From: an uncultured Gammaproteobacteria bacterium
GTDB lineage: Bacteria > Patescibacteriota > Microgenomatia > UBA12405
Reading direction: 5' to 3'
Length of the DNA: 32,813 nt
NCBI GenBank assembly: GCA_964448065.1
Contig: CAYUUU010000002.1
Coordinates: forward strand, 1 to 32,813
The notes beneath the pieces are model-generated. The model ran no database searches. It saw only the letters and a program-made list of their open reading frames with translations, and was not told the origin of the DNA. The position numbers and the translations under genes were made by a program. Positions within the stretch are counted from its first letter, which is position 1; every line of letters starts with the position of its first letter. Shown here piece after piece: positions 8,601-17,645 of the stretch.

Positions 8601-9712
8601 AAAAACATATTGTTATTGATGCTCGACTTTATGGGCCCAAACATACTGGTATTGGTCGTTATACTAAAAATCTTTTAAAAGCCTTAATTAATCTTCCTGA
8701 TTTTAAAAAATATAAATTTACCCTAATTGTTTATAAAAATCTTTTAGAAGATATCAAAAAAGATTTAGGTAACAATTTTAATTATGTAGCCACTAATATT
8801 CCTCATTATTCAATCAAAGAACAACTTTTTTTACCATTTATTTTATATCGTCTTAATCCAAATTTAGTCCATTTTACTCATTTTAATAAACCAGTTCTTT
8901 ATTTTAAAAAATCAGTTGTAACTATTCATGATTTGATTAAACATTTTTTTACCGGTAAAGACACCACTACTAAAAATCAATTTTTATATAAAATCAAACA
9001 TTTAGGTTATCTTTTTTTAATTAATAATATTGTTAAAAGAAATCAAATTATTGTTCCTAGTAATTTTTGGCGAAAATATTTAATTGAAAAATTTAAATTA
9101 GAACCCAATAAAGTAGTTACTACTCACGAAGCTGTTGATCCAACTTTTCTAAAAAATAATCAAAATAATGACATTCAAAAACCTCTAAATTACATTATTT
9201 ATACCGGTAATTTATACACTCATAAAAATATTAAAATTATCCTAGAAGCTCTAAAAAAATTACCCAATATTAATCTTAAAATTATTTGTGCCAGAAGTTT
9301 TTTTAGCGATAAATTAAAAACTCAAATTTCCCACATGGGCATTAAAAAACAAGTCGAATTTTTAGGTTATTTAAACGATCAACAATTTAAAGATATTTAT
9401 AAACAAGCTCTGGCTTTGGTTCATCCATCTTTAATGGAAGGTTTCAGTTTAACCGGTCTTGAAGCTATGGCTCTAAATTGTCCAGTTATTTCTTCTAATT
9501 CCAGTTGCTTACCAGAAATCTACGAAAAATCAGTTCTTTATTTTGACCCCAACGATTCTTCAGATTTAATTAAAAAAATAAATGAACTTAATGGTAATTT
9601 AGATCTTCGTCAAAAACTAATCAATTTAGGACAAAAACAAGTTCAAAAATATTCTTGGTCCAAAACCGCCAAGCAAACAATGGATGTTTACAAAAACATT
9701 CTTAATTATTAA
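8597..9712 (+). CDS. Glycosyltransferase family 4
   Basis: 371 aa. Motifs IDARLYGPKHTGIGRY...MEGFSLTGLEAMALNCPVISSNSSCLPEIY. It shares an ATGA overlap with the upstream gene. Confidence 0.9.
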   Translation: MKKHIVIDARLYGPKHTGIGRYTKNLLKALINLPDFKKYKFTLIVYKNLLEDIKKDLGNNFNYVATNIPHYSIKEQLFLPFILYRLNPNLVHFTHFNKPVLYFKKSVVTIHDLIKHFFTGKDTTTKNQFLYKIKHLGYLFLINNIVKRNQIIVPSNFWRKYLIEKFKLEPNKVVTTHEAVDPTFLKNNQNNDIQKPLNYIIYTGNLYTHKNIKIILEALKKLPNINLKIICARSFFSDKLKTQISHMGIKKQVEFLGYLNDQQFKDIYKQALALVHPSLMEGFSLTGLEAMALNCPVISSNSSCLPEIYEKSVLYFDPNDSSDLIKKINELNGNLDLRQKLINLGQKQVQKYSWSKTAKQTMDVYKNILNY

Positions 9713-9726
9713 TTTTTAATTATTAA

Positions 9727-10812
9727 TTGAAACCAAAAATTGCTCTCTTTTATGATTGGCTTAACCAATGGGGTGGAGCCGAAAAAGTTTTATTAGATTT
9801 AATTAAAACTTTTCCCAATGCGCCTGTCTATACTCTAATTTACAACCCTAAAACAACCAAATGGTTGCCAAAAAAAATTAAAATCAACTCATCTTTTTTA
9901 AATAAAATTTCCATATTTAAAAAAAATTCCATTTTTCAAACTCCATTTTATTATTTAGCTCTAAAGCATTTTGATTTTTCTAAATACGATATTGTTATTT
10001 CTACAACTCAAGTTATCGGACACAGTTTAAACGTTCCCAAAAAAACTATTTTTATCTGTTATTTTCACAATATCAATCGTTATGTTTATCAAACTCCATC
10101 TCATTTTAATTTTTTAAAACCATTACTAAATATTTATAAAAAAATCGACTTTAAATTTGGTCAAAAACCAAATTATATTTTTTGCAATTCTAAAACTGTC
10201 CAACAACGAATTGAAAAAAATTACCATCGAAAAGCTAAGGTTATTAATCCTGGTATTGACACTTCCTTTTTTATTCCATCCGCTATTAAAACTACTAATG
10301 ATTATTTTTTAATTGTGTCTCGTCTGGTTACTCATAAAAAAATCGATATTGCCATTAATGCTTGTCATCAACTTCATAAAAAACTTTATATCGTTGGAAA
10401 TGGTCGAGATTATTCTCGTCTTAATAAAATAATTTCTAAACTAAACGATCCTAATATTAAATTGTTAGGATTTGTTGATGATCAAAAATTATTAACTTTT
10501 TATCAAAATTGCCAAGCTTTAATTTGTCCCCAAATAGAGGATTTTGGCCTGACCCCACTCGAAGCCCAAGCTTGTGGTAAACCAATTATTGCCCTAAGAA
10601 AAGGTGGTTTAACCGAAACTGTAATTAATAATAAAACTGGTATTTTTTTTAATCACCAAACAGTTAGATCATTAATCCATGCCATTAAAAAATTTGACCA
10701 TCATCGTTTTAACAAAAATATTTGTCGTCAAAATGCTCTTAAATTTTCTCGTCAAAAATTTATGTTAAACTTTAAAAACGAAGTTTATTCCCTATGGCAC
10801 AAACAACAATAA
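9727..10812 (+). CDS. Glycosyltransferase family 4 (TTG start)
   Basis: 361 aa. N-terminus KIALFYDWLNQWGGAEKV and motif EDFGLTPLEAQACGKPIIALRKGGLTETV. The codon at 9727 is TTG. Confidence 0.85.
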   Translation: MKPKIALFYDWLNQWGGAEKVLLDLIKTFPNAPVYTLIYNPKTTKWLPKKIKINSSFLNKISIFKKNSIFQTPFYYLALKHFDFSKYDIVISTTQVIGHSLNVPKKTIFICYFHNINRYVYQTPSHFNFLKPLLNIYKKIDFKFGQKPNYIFCNSKTVQQRIEKNYHRKAKVINPGIDTSFFIPSAIKTTNDYFLIVSRLVTHKKIDIAINACHQLHKKLYIVGNGRDYSRLNKIISKLNDPNIKLLGFVDDQKLLTFYQNCQALICPQIEDFGLTPLEAQACGKPIIALRKGGLTETVINNKTGIFFNHQTVRSLIHAIKKFDHHRFNKNICRQNALKFSRQKFMLNFKNEVYSLWHKQQ

Positions 10813-11888
10813 ATCATTATATTTTTGTCCTTTGTGGTGGTACTGGTCCCAGATTATGGCCACTTTCTCGCAAACAAAATCCTAAACAATTTTTGTCTTT
10901 TTTTGGCAAAGATTCATTATTAGAACAAACAATTCAAAGAGCTGGCAAGGTAGTCGATTCAAACAATATTTTTATTGTTAGCAACGATAATTATTTACAA
11001 AAAATAATTAAAATTGCTCAAAAATTTTCTATTAGTAAAAATATTATTACCGAACCAGAAAAGAAAAATACCGCTCTTGCCATCCTGTATGCCACCACTA
11101 AAATTAAGCAATTTGATCCAGAAGCAATTATTACGACTCTACCATCAGACCATTATATAAAAAATATTAATAAATTTAAAAACGACTTAATTAAAGCCAA
11201 AAATATTGCTTGTAATTATCAAAAAATAGTTACTATTGGTATTAAACCAACCAGTCCAAATCCAGCTTATGGTTATATAAAACCTAAAATTTTTGTTGAC
11301 AATTATTATTCAGTTGAATCTTTTGTCGAAAAACCACCAGTCGAAATTGCTTCAAAATTGATTGAAAATAATTCTTATTGGAATTCTGGAATTTATACTT
11401 TTTCCATAAATACTCTAATTAATGAATTCAAAGAATTGCAACCAGAATATTATTCAATATATAAAAAATTAGAACAAAATTTAAATCAACCCCAAAAAAT
11501 TAAAACTATTTACCAACAAGCTCCAGAACTAGCCATAGACCGAGCCATCTCAGAAAAATCAACTAAAATGGCTATGATTCCAGCTTCTTTTGATTGGAGT
11601 GATGTGGGTGAGTGGGGTGCTATTTTTAAAACTCTTTCAAAAGGTGACAATAAAAATATTTCCCTTAATTCTAAAACTCAATTTCTTAGTACTAATTCCA
11701 ATAATTGTCTTATTTCTGGAACCGACAAAAAATTAATTGGTTTAGTTGGTGTAAAAAATTTAGCTATTATTGATACCAATGATGCTCTTTTAGTTTGTGA
11801 TTTGGACTCTAGTTTTAATGTCCGTGATTTAGTAAGCTTGATAGTGAAACACAAAAAATATAAAATCTATTTTTTAGGCAAAAAATGA
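10794..11888 (+). CDS. manC: Mannose-1-phosphate guanylyltransferase (nucleotidyltransferase domain only)
   Basis: 364 aa. The N-terminal signature VLCGGTGPRLWPLSR and the later EKPxxE...YWNSGIY and DVGEWG motifs are typical of ManC/CpsB-type GDP-mannose pyrophosphorylases. Confidence 0.8.
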   Translation: MAQTTINHYIFVLCGGTGPRLWPLSRKQNPKQFLSFFGKDSLLEQTIQRAGKVVDSNNIFIVSNDNYLQKIIKIAQKFSISKNIITEPEKKNTALAILYATTKIKQFDPEAIITTLPSDHYIKNINKFKNDLIKAKNIACNYQKIVTIGIKPTSPNPAYGYIKPKIFVDNYYSVESFVEKPPVEIASKLIENNSYWNSGIYTFSINTLINEFKELQPEYYSIYKKLEQNLNQPQKIKTIYQQAPELAIDRAISEKSTKMAMIPASFDWSDVGEWGAIFKTLSKGDNKNISLNSKTQFLSTNSNNCLISGTDKKLIGLVGVKNLAIIDTNDALLVCDLDSSFNVRDLVSLIVKHKKYKIYFLGKK

Positions 11889-12523
11889 AAAAAATTACTT
11901 TTAAAATCTTCAAAAGAACCATCGATATAGTTGGTTCGTTAATTCTTTTAGTTATCTTTTCTCCTATTTTTTTGGTCACTATGATCCTTGTCAAGGTAAC
12001 TTCGCCAGGACCAATATTTTTTAAACAAAAAAGAGTCGGCAAAAACAGTAAACAATTTTGGATGTATAAATTTCGTTCCATGTATACCGGAGACAACGAT
12101 AAACGATTAAGAGATAATTATCCTGAATTGTGGAAAAAATATAAAGAATCTGGTTGGAAATTAGAAATGTCCGAAGATCCCCGAATTACTCCAATTGGTA
12201 AAAAAATTAGATCACTAACTATCGATGAATTTCCTCAATTAGTTAACGTTTTAAAAGGGGATATGAGTTTAGTTGGACCACGAGCCTATCGAGAAGAAGA
12301 GTTACAAGAATATGAAGCCAAATTTCCTCATACCAAACACCTTATAGACGATATTCGATCGGCCAAACCAGGAATTACTGGAGTATGGCAAACATCTGGC
12401 AGAAACGATATTTCTTTTGAACAAAGAGCTCAAATGGATTCCAATTATATTCGTCACCAATCATTCTTAAACGAAATTGTCATTATTTTTAAAACTCCAA
12501 TGTCGATGTTATCACGTTGGTAA
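11885..12523 (+). CDS. Small monotopic phosphoglycosyl transferase (Bac_transf family, PglC/WbaP C-terminal type), the initiating enzyme
   Basis: 212 aa. One N-terminal hydrophobic helix, then PGPIFFKQKRVGKN...FWMYKFRSM...DPRITPIGKKIRSLTIDEFPQLVNVLKGDMSLVGPRA. Confidence 0.9.
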   Translation: MKKITFKIFKRTIDIVGSLILLVIFSPIFLVTMILVKVTSPGPIFFKQKRVGKNSKQFWMYKFRSMYTGDNDKRLRDNYPELWKKYKESGWKLEMSEDPRITPIGKKIRSLTIDEFPQLVNVLKGDMSLVGPRAYREEELQEYEAKFPHTKHLIDDIRSAKPGITGVWQTSGRNDISFEQRAQMDSNYIRHQSFLNEIVIIFKTPMSMLSRW

Positions 12524-12552
12524 TTTAATTAATTTTAAGTTAAAATTGAAAC

Positions 12553-14511
12553 ATGGATCAATTAACCGCTCAAACAAACACTGTTAATCAAACCCCAACA
12601 GTCAAAAAATCTCTTAATTTAAAAAAAATTAAGTTTAATAAAAAGAAATTTCTTAAGGTTTTATCAATTATCTTAATAATTTTTTCTGTTCTTTTTGTTA
12701 TTTGTTTCTTTTCTGTTATTGTTCCTGGTACTAAATTAAAAAAACAAATAGAAACTCTTAAAAAAGAAGCTCCAATTATTCAACAAGCCATAACCGATAA
12801 AGATTTAGACAAAGTAAAATCTGAATTAAATGTAGTTAAATCTCAAATAAAATCTGTTGAATCAACTTACAAAAAATTTAGTTATGCCAAAATAATTCCT
12901 GTAGCTAAAAATTATTACAATGATGGAACTGAATTAATAAATATAAGTAAGGAAGCAATTGATGCTGGAAATATTGTTATTCAAGCCATAGAACCATATA
13001 AAGATTTCTTGGGAGTTAAAGGAGCCGCCACCAGCGGAGAAGAAACTACCCAGGATCGTATTTCCTTTTTAACTCAATCTGTTGAAAGTCTGGTCCCTTA
13101 TATGGATACTTTGGAACAAAAACTTTCTAAAATTGAAACTTCTTTAAACAAAATAGACCCCAATCGTTACCCTGAAGAATTCAAAGGTATTGCCATTAAA
13201 TCTGATTTAAATAAAGCCAATGAAATGGTTTCTCAAATTCATACTTTCCTTAAAAATGGTCAACCAATATTATCCAAAACTTCTTGGTTGTTAGGAAAAG
13301 ATTCTCCAAGAAACTATTTATTAATCTTTCAAAACAACGCTGAATTAAGACCTACTGGAGGTTTTTGGACAGCTTACGGATTAATCAAAATTGATAATGG
13401 TAAAATTACTCCTTTAGCTTCAAGTGACATTTACTCTCTTGATGCTCAAATTAAAAGTACGATTCCTGCTCCACGTCCAATTAAGGCTTATCATATTAAT
13501 GTTCCTTACTACAATGTTCGAGACATGAATATTTCTCCAGATTTTCCAACTAGTATAAAATTATTTTTGGAAAATTATGAAAAAGTTAATAAAAATACTA
13601 AAATCGACGCAGTTATTTCTCTCGATTTGGATGTTTTAGTTGATTTAGTTAAAGTTCTAGGTCAAGTTGGGGTTAGTGGTTTTGGTAATTTCTCTGCCGA
13701 ACCTGACACTCGTTGTGATGGTTGTCCTAATATTATTTATCAACTTGAAGAATTAGCTGATAAACCAAAAAGTTATATTGATACCAATCGTAAGGGATTT
13801 TTGGGACCTTTAATGAATTCTCTATTATCAAACGCTATGGGTTCAGAAAAAAGTAAAATGGGACCATTAATGGAAGCCTTCTTTACCAATATTAATCAAA
13901 AACATATTATGTTCTACTTTAAAGATACTGATATGCAAAAAGCTGGTGAATTAGCCAATATTGCTGGAACTATAACTCAAACAGACAATAGTATTGATTA
14001 TTTTCATTTAAATGACGCTAACATGGCTAGTGCTAAATCAAATCTTTTTATTACTCAAAAAATTAAACACGAAATTTCTACCAAAAATGGCAAAGTTACA
14101 CATAAAATTAGTATTACTTATACTAATCCAACCGCTGCTTCAAATTGTAATTTGGAAAAGGGTGGTCTGTGTCTAAATGCTGCTAATTATCGTGATTGGT
14201 TTAGATTTTTTGTTCCAACTGGATCAACTATGATAAAAATGACCGGATCTGAAGTTGAACCAGTCAAATATGAAGAATTAGGCAAACAAGTTTTTGAAGG
14301 ATTCTATGGTAACAAATATCCTCTTCAAGCTAAATCTAATTTAAAAACATCAATCGAATATGTCTCTTCTGTTCCTGCTAGTAAAAATTACAGCCTTTTA
14401 CTTCAAAAACAACCTGGAACCAAAGCTATCGATTATCAACTAATTGTTAATGGAAAAGAACAAGAAACATTTAGTTGGGTAGCCGATAAAACTATTCGAT
14501 TATCTCTTTAA
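12553..14511 (+). CDS. DUF4012 domain membrane-anchored protein
   Basis: 652 aa. N-terminal TM (VLSIILIIFSVLFVICFFSVIV), a coiled-coil-like region, then RNYLLIFQNNAELRPTGGFWTAYGLIKIDNGKI, the hallmark core of DUF4012 as I recall it. Confidence 0.75.
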   Translation: MDQLTAQTNTVNQTPTVKKSLNLKKIKFNKKKFLKVLSIILIIFSVLFVICFFSVIVPGTKLKKQIETLKKEAPIIQQAITDKDLDKVKSELNVVKSQIKSVESTYKKFSYAKIIPVAKNYYNDGTELINISKEAIDAGNIVIQAIEPYKDFLGVKGAATSGEETTQDRISFLTQSVESLVPYMDTLEQKLSKIETSLNKIDPNRYPEEFKGIAIKSDLNKANEMVSQIHTFLKNGQPILSKTSWLLGKDSPRNYLLIFQNNAELRPTGGFWTAYGLIKIDNGKITPLASSDIYSLDAQIKSTIPAPRPIKAYHINVPYYNVRDMNISPDFPTSIKLFLENYEKVNKNTKIDAVISLDLDVLVDLVKVLGQVGVSGFGNFSAEPDTRCDGCPNIIYQLEELADKPKSYIDTNRKGFLGPLMNSLLSNAMGSEKSKMGPLMEAFFTNINQKHIMFYFKDTDMQKAGELANIAGTITQTDNSIDYFHLNDANMASAKSNLFITQKIKHEISTKNGKVTHKISITYTNPTAASNCNLEKGGLCLNAANYRDWFRFFVPTGSTMIKMTGSEVEPVKYEELGKQVFEGFYGNKYPLQAKSNLKTSIEYVSSVPASKNYSLLLQKQPGTKAIDYQLIVNGKEQETFSWVADKTIRLSL

Positions 14512-15071
14512 TGGATAAATATAAAAGTACTCTTGGGCTTGTTATTAATAAAAAAACAGTTAAAGAAACTGATTTATTAATAACTCTTTTAACCCCAAAA
14601 GAAGGCAAAATTATAGCTTTAGCCAAGGGTGCTAAAAATATTAAAAGTAGTCGACTAGGAAATCTTCAGTTGGGTAATCTTATTAAAGTTCAACTTTATT
14701 CAAAAAACGATTATCTTTGGATTTCAGAAAGCCAAAATATAAATCCTTTTTTACTACAAGACAAATCCTTAACTCAAATTAATTTATTGTTTTATTTTTT
14801 GGAAATACTTAATCGTCTATTGGCTGAAAATCAATATATAAACAAAGTTTTTGAGATTTCTAAAAATATTATTGATTCTATTAATCAAAATAAATTTGGA
14901 TCATATATTAAAAATGAAATTATTTTTTTAGAGGTTTTGGGTTTTGGTGTTCCCGAAGAAATCGAAAAATATTATCAACAACAAGACTATCGAACCGCCC
15001 AACAATTAATTAAAAAATTTTTTGAATCTATTATCGAAAAACCCCTCGAAAGCAATAAATTATTTCGATAG
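14511..15071 (+). CDS. recO: DNA repair protein RecO (short form)
   Basis: 186 aa. The N-terminal OB-fold pattern GLVINKKTVKETDLLITLLTPKEGKIIALAKGAKNIKSSRLGNLQLGNLIKVQLY matches the RecO_N layout. The C-terminal half is shorter than in classical RecO. Confidence 0.65.
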   Translation: MDKYKSTLGLVINKKTVKETDLLITLLTPKEGKIIALAKGAKNIKSSRLGNLQLGNLIKVQLYSKNDYLWISESQNINPFLLQDKSLTQINLLFYFLEILNRLLAENQYINKVFEISKNIIDSINQNKFGSYIKNEIIFLEVLGFGVPEEIEKYYQQQDYRTAQQLIKKFFESIIEKPLESNKLFR

Positions 15072-15134
15072 TTTGATTTATGTTAAAATACCGGAAAGTT
15101 AGAAAAAATAATATATTAAGTAAATCAACAATCA

Positions 15135-15590
15135 ATGGCAAGAAAAGAAGTAGGAGAAATAAACGATAAAAGTTTTACTCTAAAAGGCCTTAAAAACCTA
15201 GCTAAAGAAATAAACATTCCTATTGAAGAGACGTTTCAAGAACTTAATATTCAAAACGGAAAAATAGCATTATTTCTTTTAGCTGAAGATATTCTTAATG
15301 AAGATCATTCACTCCCAACTGAAAAACTAGTTAGTCATGATTATTCACCCACAGACAAATCTTTTTTTTATAATTGTGCCCCAGCTATTAGTAGTGCTAT
15401 ACATGAGCGTGAAACAGCGTCTTCTCCAAAAGAATTAAAAACCGCTCTAGAAAAACTAGACCAAATACTCATCGAGAAAAGCGAAAAAGCTGAAACTGTC
15501 TATCAACTAAGTACTCTTTACTATACAGCTCCTACTGGAAGTAAAGCCAGAAAACCTATTTTGGAAAAAATCTACAAACTATTAAATTAA
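15135..15590 (+). CDS. Hypothetical soluble protein (orphan)
   Basis: 151 aa ORF with an ATG start and no TM segment or recognised motif. It is flanked by true intergenic spacers of 63 and 35 nt, unlike its neighbours. Confidence 0.5.
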   Translation: MARKEVGEINDKSFTLKGLKNLAKEINIPIEETFQELNIQNGKIALFLLAEDILNEDHSLPTEKLVSHDYSPTDKSFFYNCAPAISSAIHERETASSPKELKTALEKLDQILIEKSEKAETVYQLSTLYYTAPTGSKARKPILEKIYKLLN

Positions 15591-15614
15591 TAAACTTTTT
15601 AAGTAATCTCAGGT

Positions 15615-15620
15615 TATAAT
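15615..15620 (+). promoter_or_regulatory. Candidate -10 box (TATAAT) 5 nt upstream of the glyQS ATG, a possible leaderless transcript
   Basis: The sequence aggTTATAATattccATG is read directly and shows no Shine-Dalgarno motif. TATAAT is not rare by chance in DNA this AT-rich. Confidence 0.25.
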
Positions 15621-15625
15621 ATTCC

Positions 15626-16948
15626 ATGGCAGAAAAAAACCAAAACGAAATAGTTAGTAAAATAATCAGTCTTTGTAAAAGACGTGGAATAATTTTTCAA
15701 AATTCAGAAATCTATGGCGGCGTCCAAGGTTTTTACGATTATGGTCCCATTGGCTCTTTAATGAAATTAAATTGGAAAAATAAATGGTGGACAGACAATG
15801 TGGTTAAACGTCGTGATGTGGTTGGAATTGATGGTTCAATAATTACTCATCCACGAGTTTGGGAAGCCTCTGGTCACGTCAAAAACTTTGCCGATATTAT
15901 GGTCGAATGTAAAAAATGTCATAAAAGATTTAGGCCGGATCTTTTAGAAGATCCCTCTAAATGTCCAGAATGTGGTGGTGAATTTACTGAAGGTCGAAAA
16001 TATAATATTTTATTTGAAACCGAAATTGGAGTCATCGAAGGAGAAAAACAACACGCCTATCTAAGAGGGGAAGCTTGTCAAACCATTTATCTCGACTTTA
16101 AAAATATTGTTGATTCTAGTCGTGTCAAAATACCTTTTGGTATTGCTCAAATTGGAAAAGCTTTTCGAAACGAAATTACTCCAAAAAACTTTTTATATCG
16201 CACTCGAGAATTCGAACAATGGGATATTCAATATTTTGTCCACCCTTCAGAAATGGATAAATGGTATGAATATTGGAAAGCCAATCGAATGGCTTGGTAT
16301 CAGGATATTTTTAATAATCCTCAAAACTTAAGATTTCGAGAACACGAAAAAGATGAATTAGCTTTCTACGCTAAAAAAGCTTTTGATATTGAATTTAATG
16401 CTCCATGGGGATGGTCAGAAATGGAAGGAATTCATTGGCGAAGTGATTACGATTTAACCCAACATTCAAAATTTAGTGGTCAGGATTTATCTTATCTAGA
16501 CCCAGTTACTAACGAAAAATATTTACCCTATATTACTGAAACTTCCGGTGGTGTTGATCGAAGTTTCTTTTTTATGCTTTTAGATGCTTACCAAGAAGAA
16601 AAAACTACTTCTGGTGATATCAGAATTGTTCTAAAAGTTAAACCTCAAATTGCTGCTTATAAAATGGCCATTCTTCCATTAGCTGCTAATAAACCAGAAT
16701 TAATTGATAAAGCAGAATCTATTTACCAATCACTAATTACTAAATATTCAATTGATTGGGATGATAGCAGTAATATTGGTAAAAAATATCGTCGCCAAGA
16801 TGAAATTGGAACTCCATGGTGTCTAGTTGTCGATTATCAAACTCTAGAAGATAATACTGTCAGTATTCGTGATCGCGATACCATGGAACAAATCAGAATA
16901 AAATCTGATGAAGTTGACAGTTGGTTAGAAAAACAGTTAAATAAATAA
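15626..16948 (+). CDS. glyQS: Glycine--tRNA ligase, alpha2 (GlyQS) type
   Basis: 440 aa. Motifs FQNSEIYGGVQGFYDYGPIGSLMK, ...IAQIGKAFRNEITP...REFEQWDIQYF, ...SGGVDRSFF... and the anticodon-binding tail ...KKYRRQDEIGTPWCLVVD. Confidence 0.95.
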   Translation: MAEKNQNEIVSKIISLCKRRGIIFQNSEIYGGVQGFYDYGPIGSLMKLNWKNKWWTDNVVKRRDVVGIDGSIITHPRVWEASGHVKNFADIMVECKKCHKRFRPDLLEDPSKCPECGGEFTEGRKYNILFETEIGVIEGEKQHAYLRGEACQTIYLDFKNIVDSSRVKIPFGIAQIGKAFRNEITPKNFLYRTREFEQWDIQYFVHPSEMDKWYEYWKANRMAWYQDIFNNPQNLRFREHEKDELAFYAKKAFDIEFNAPWGWSEMEGIHWRSDYDLTQHSKFSGQDLSYLDPVTNEKYLPYITETSGGVDRSFFFMLLDAYQEEKTTSGDIRIVLKVKPQIAAYKMAILPLAANKPELIDKAESIYQSLITKYSIDWDDSSNIGKKYRRQDEIGTPWCLVVDYQTLEDNTVSIRDRDTMEQIRIKSDEVDSWLEKQLNK

Positions 16949-16949
16949 T

Positions 16950-17645
16950 ATGAATAAAAAAAATTTAATCTTAGTTGCCTTAGTTATTTGTTCTTCTTTT
17001 TTATTTTCTGGTTGTGGCAAAAAGAAAACTGCTACTGTCGAAACCAAAGCCATCAAACAAACAGCTGTTGAACTAGAATTATCAAATTCCCAAAAACCAT
17101 ATATTTCTTTAATTCCTAGAAATGATGGTCACGAATTAACCTTAAAGGTTAGCAATATTTCTTCAAAAATTACCAATGCTGAATATGAATTAATCTACAC
17201 TGCCGAAGACGAAGGACTAGAAATTGAAAAAGGAGTTAATGGTACTGAAAAGATAAGTGGTTCTAGTTTTGAAAAAAAATTATTATTAGGAACTGAAAGT
17301 TGCACCAGTGGTTGTAAATATAAATATGACGAAGGTGTTACTGGTGGAACCTTATCTATAACTTTTACTACCGATGATAATAAATTTTATAAATTCGAAG
17401 CTCCTTTCAATATTAAAAATTCAACTGACATCAAAAAATCTGGATATTTATCTCTAGATTCAGAGGGATTTAAAGTATCTGGAACTGTAACACCTAAGAG
17501 TGATTATTTTATTGTTATTAAAAATTCTTCGGCTTATTCCATTTTTTCAAACGGTACCGGTAACGGAAAAATATCATCTATTGAACCATCCACTGTTACC
17601 AAATCAGACAAAAATACTTTTGTTGGTGACTATTTAATTCAATAA
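16950..17645 (+). CDS. Lipoprotein of unknown function
   Basis: 231 aa. Signal peptide plus lipobox (LVALVICSSFLFSGCG), with a beta-rich Thr/Ser/Gly mature part. Confidence 0.7.
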   Translation: MNKKNLILVALVICSSFLFSGCGKKKTATVETKAIKQTAVELELSNSQKPYISLIPRNDGHELTLKVSNISSKITNAEYELIYTAEDEGLEIEKGVNGTEKISGSSFEKKLLLGTESCTSGCKYKYDEGVTGGTLSITFTTDDNKFYKFEAPFNIKNSTDIKKSGYLSLDSEGFKVSGTVTPKSDYFIVIKNSSAYSIFSNGTGNGKISSIEPSTVTKSDKNTFVGDYLIQ

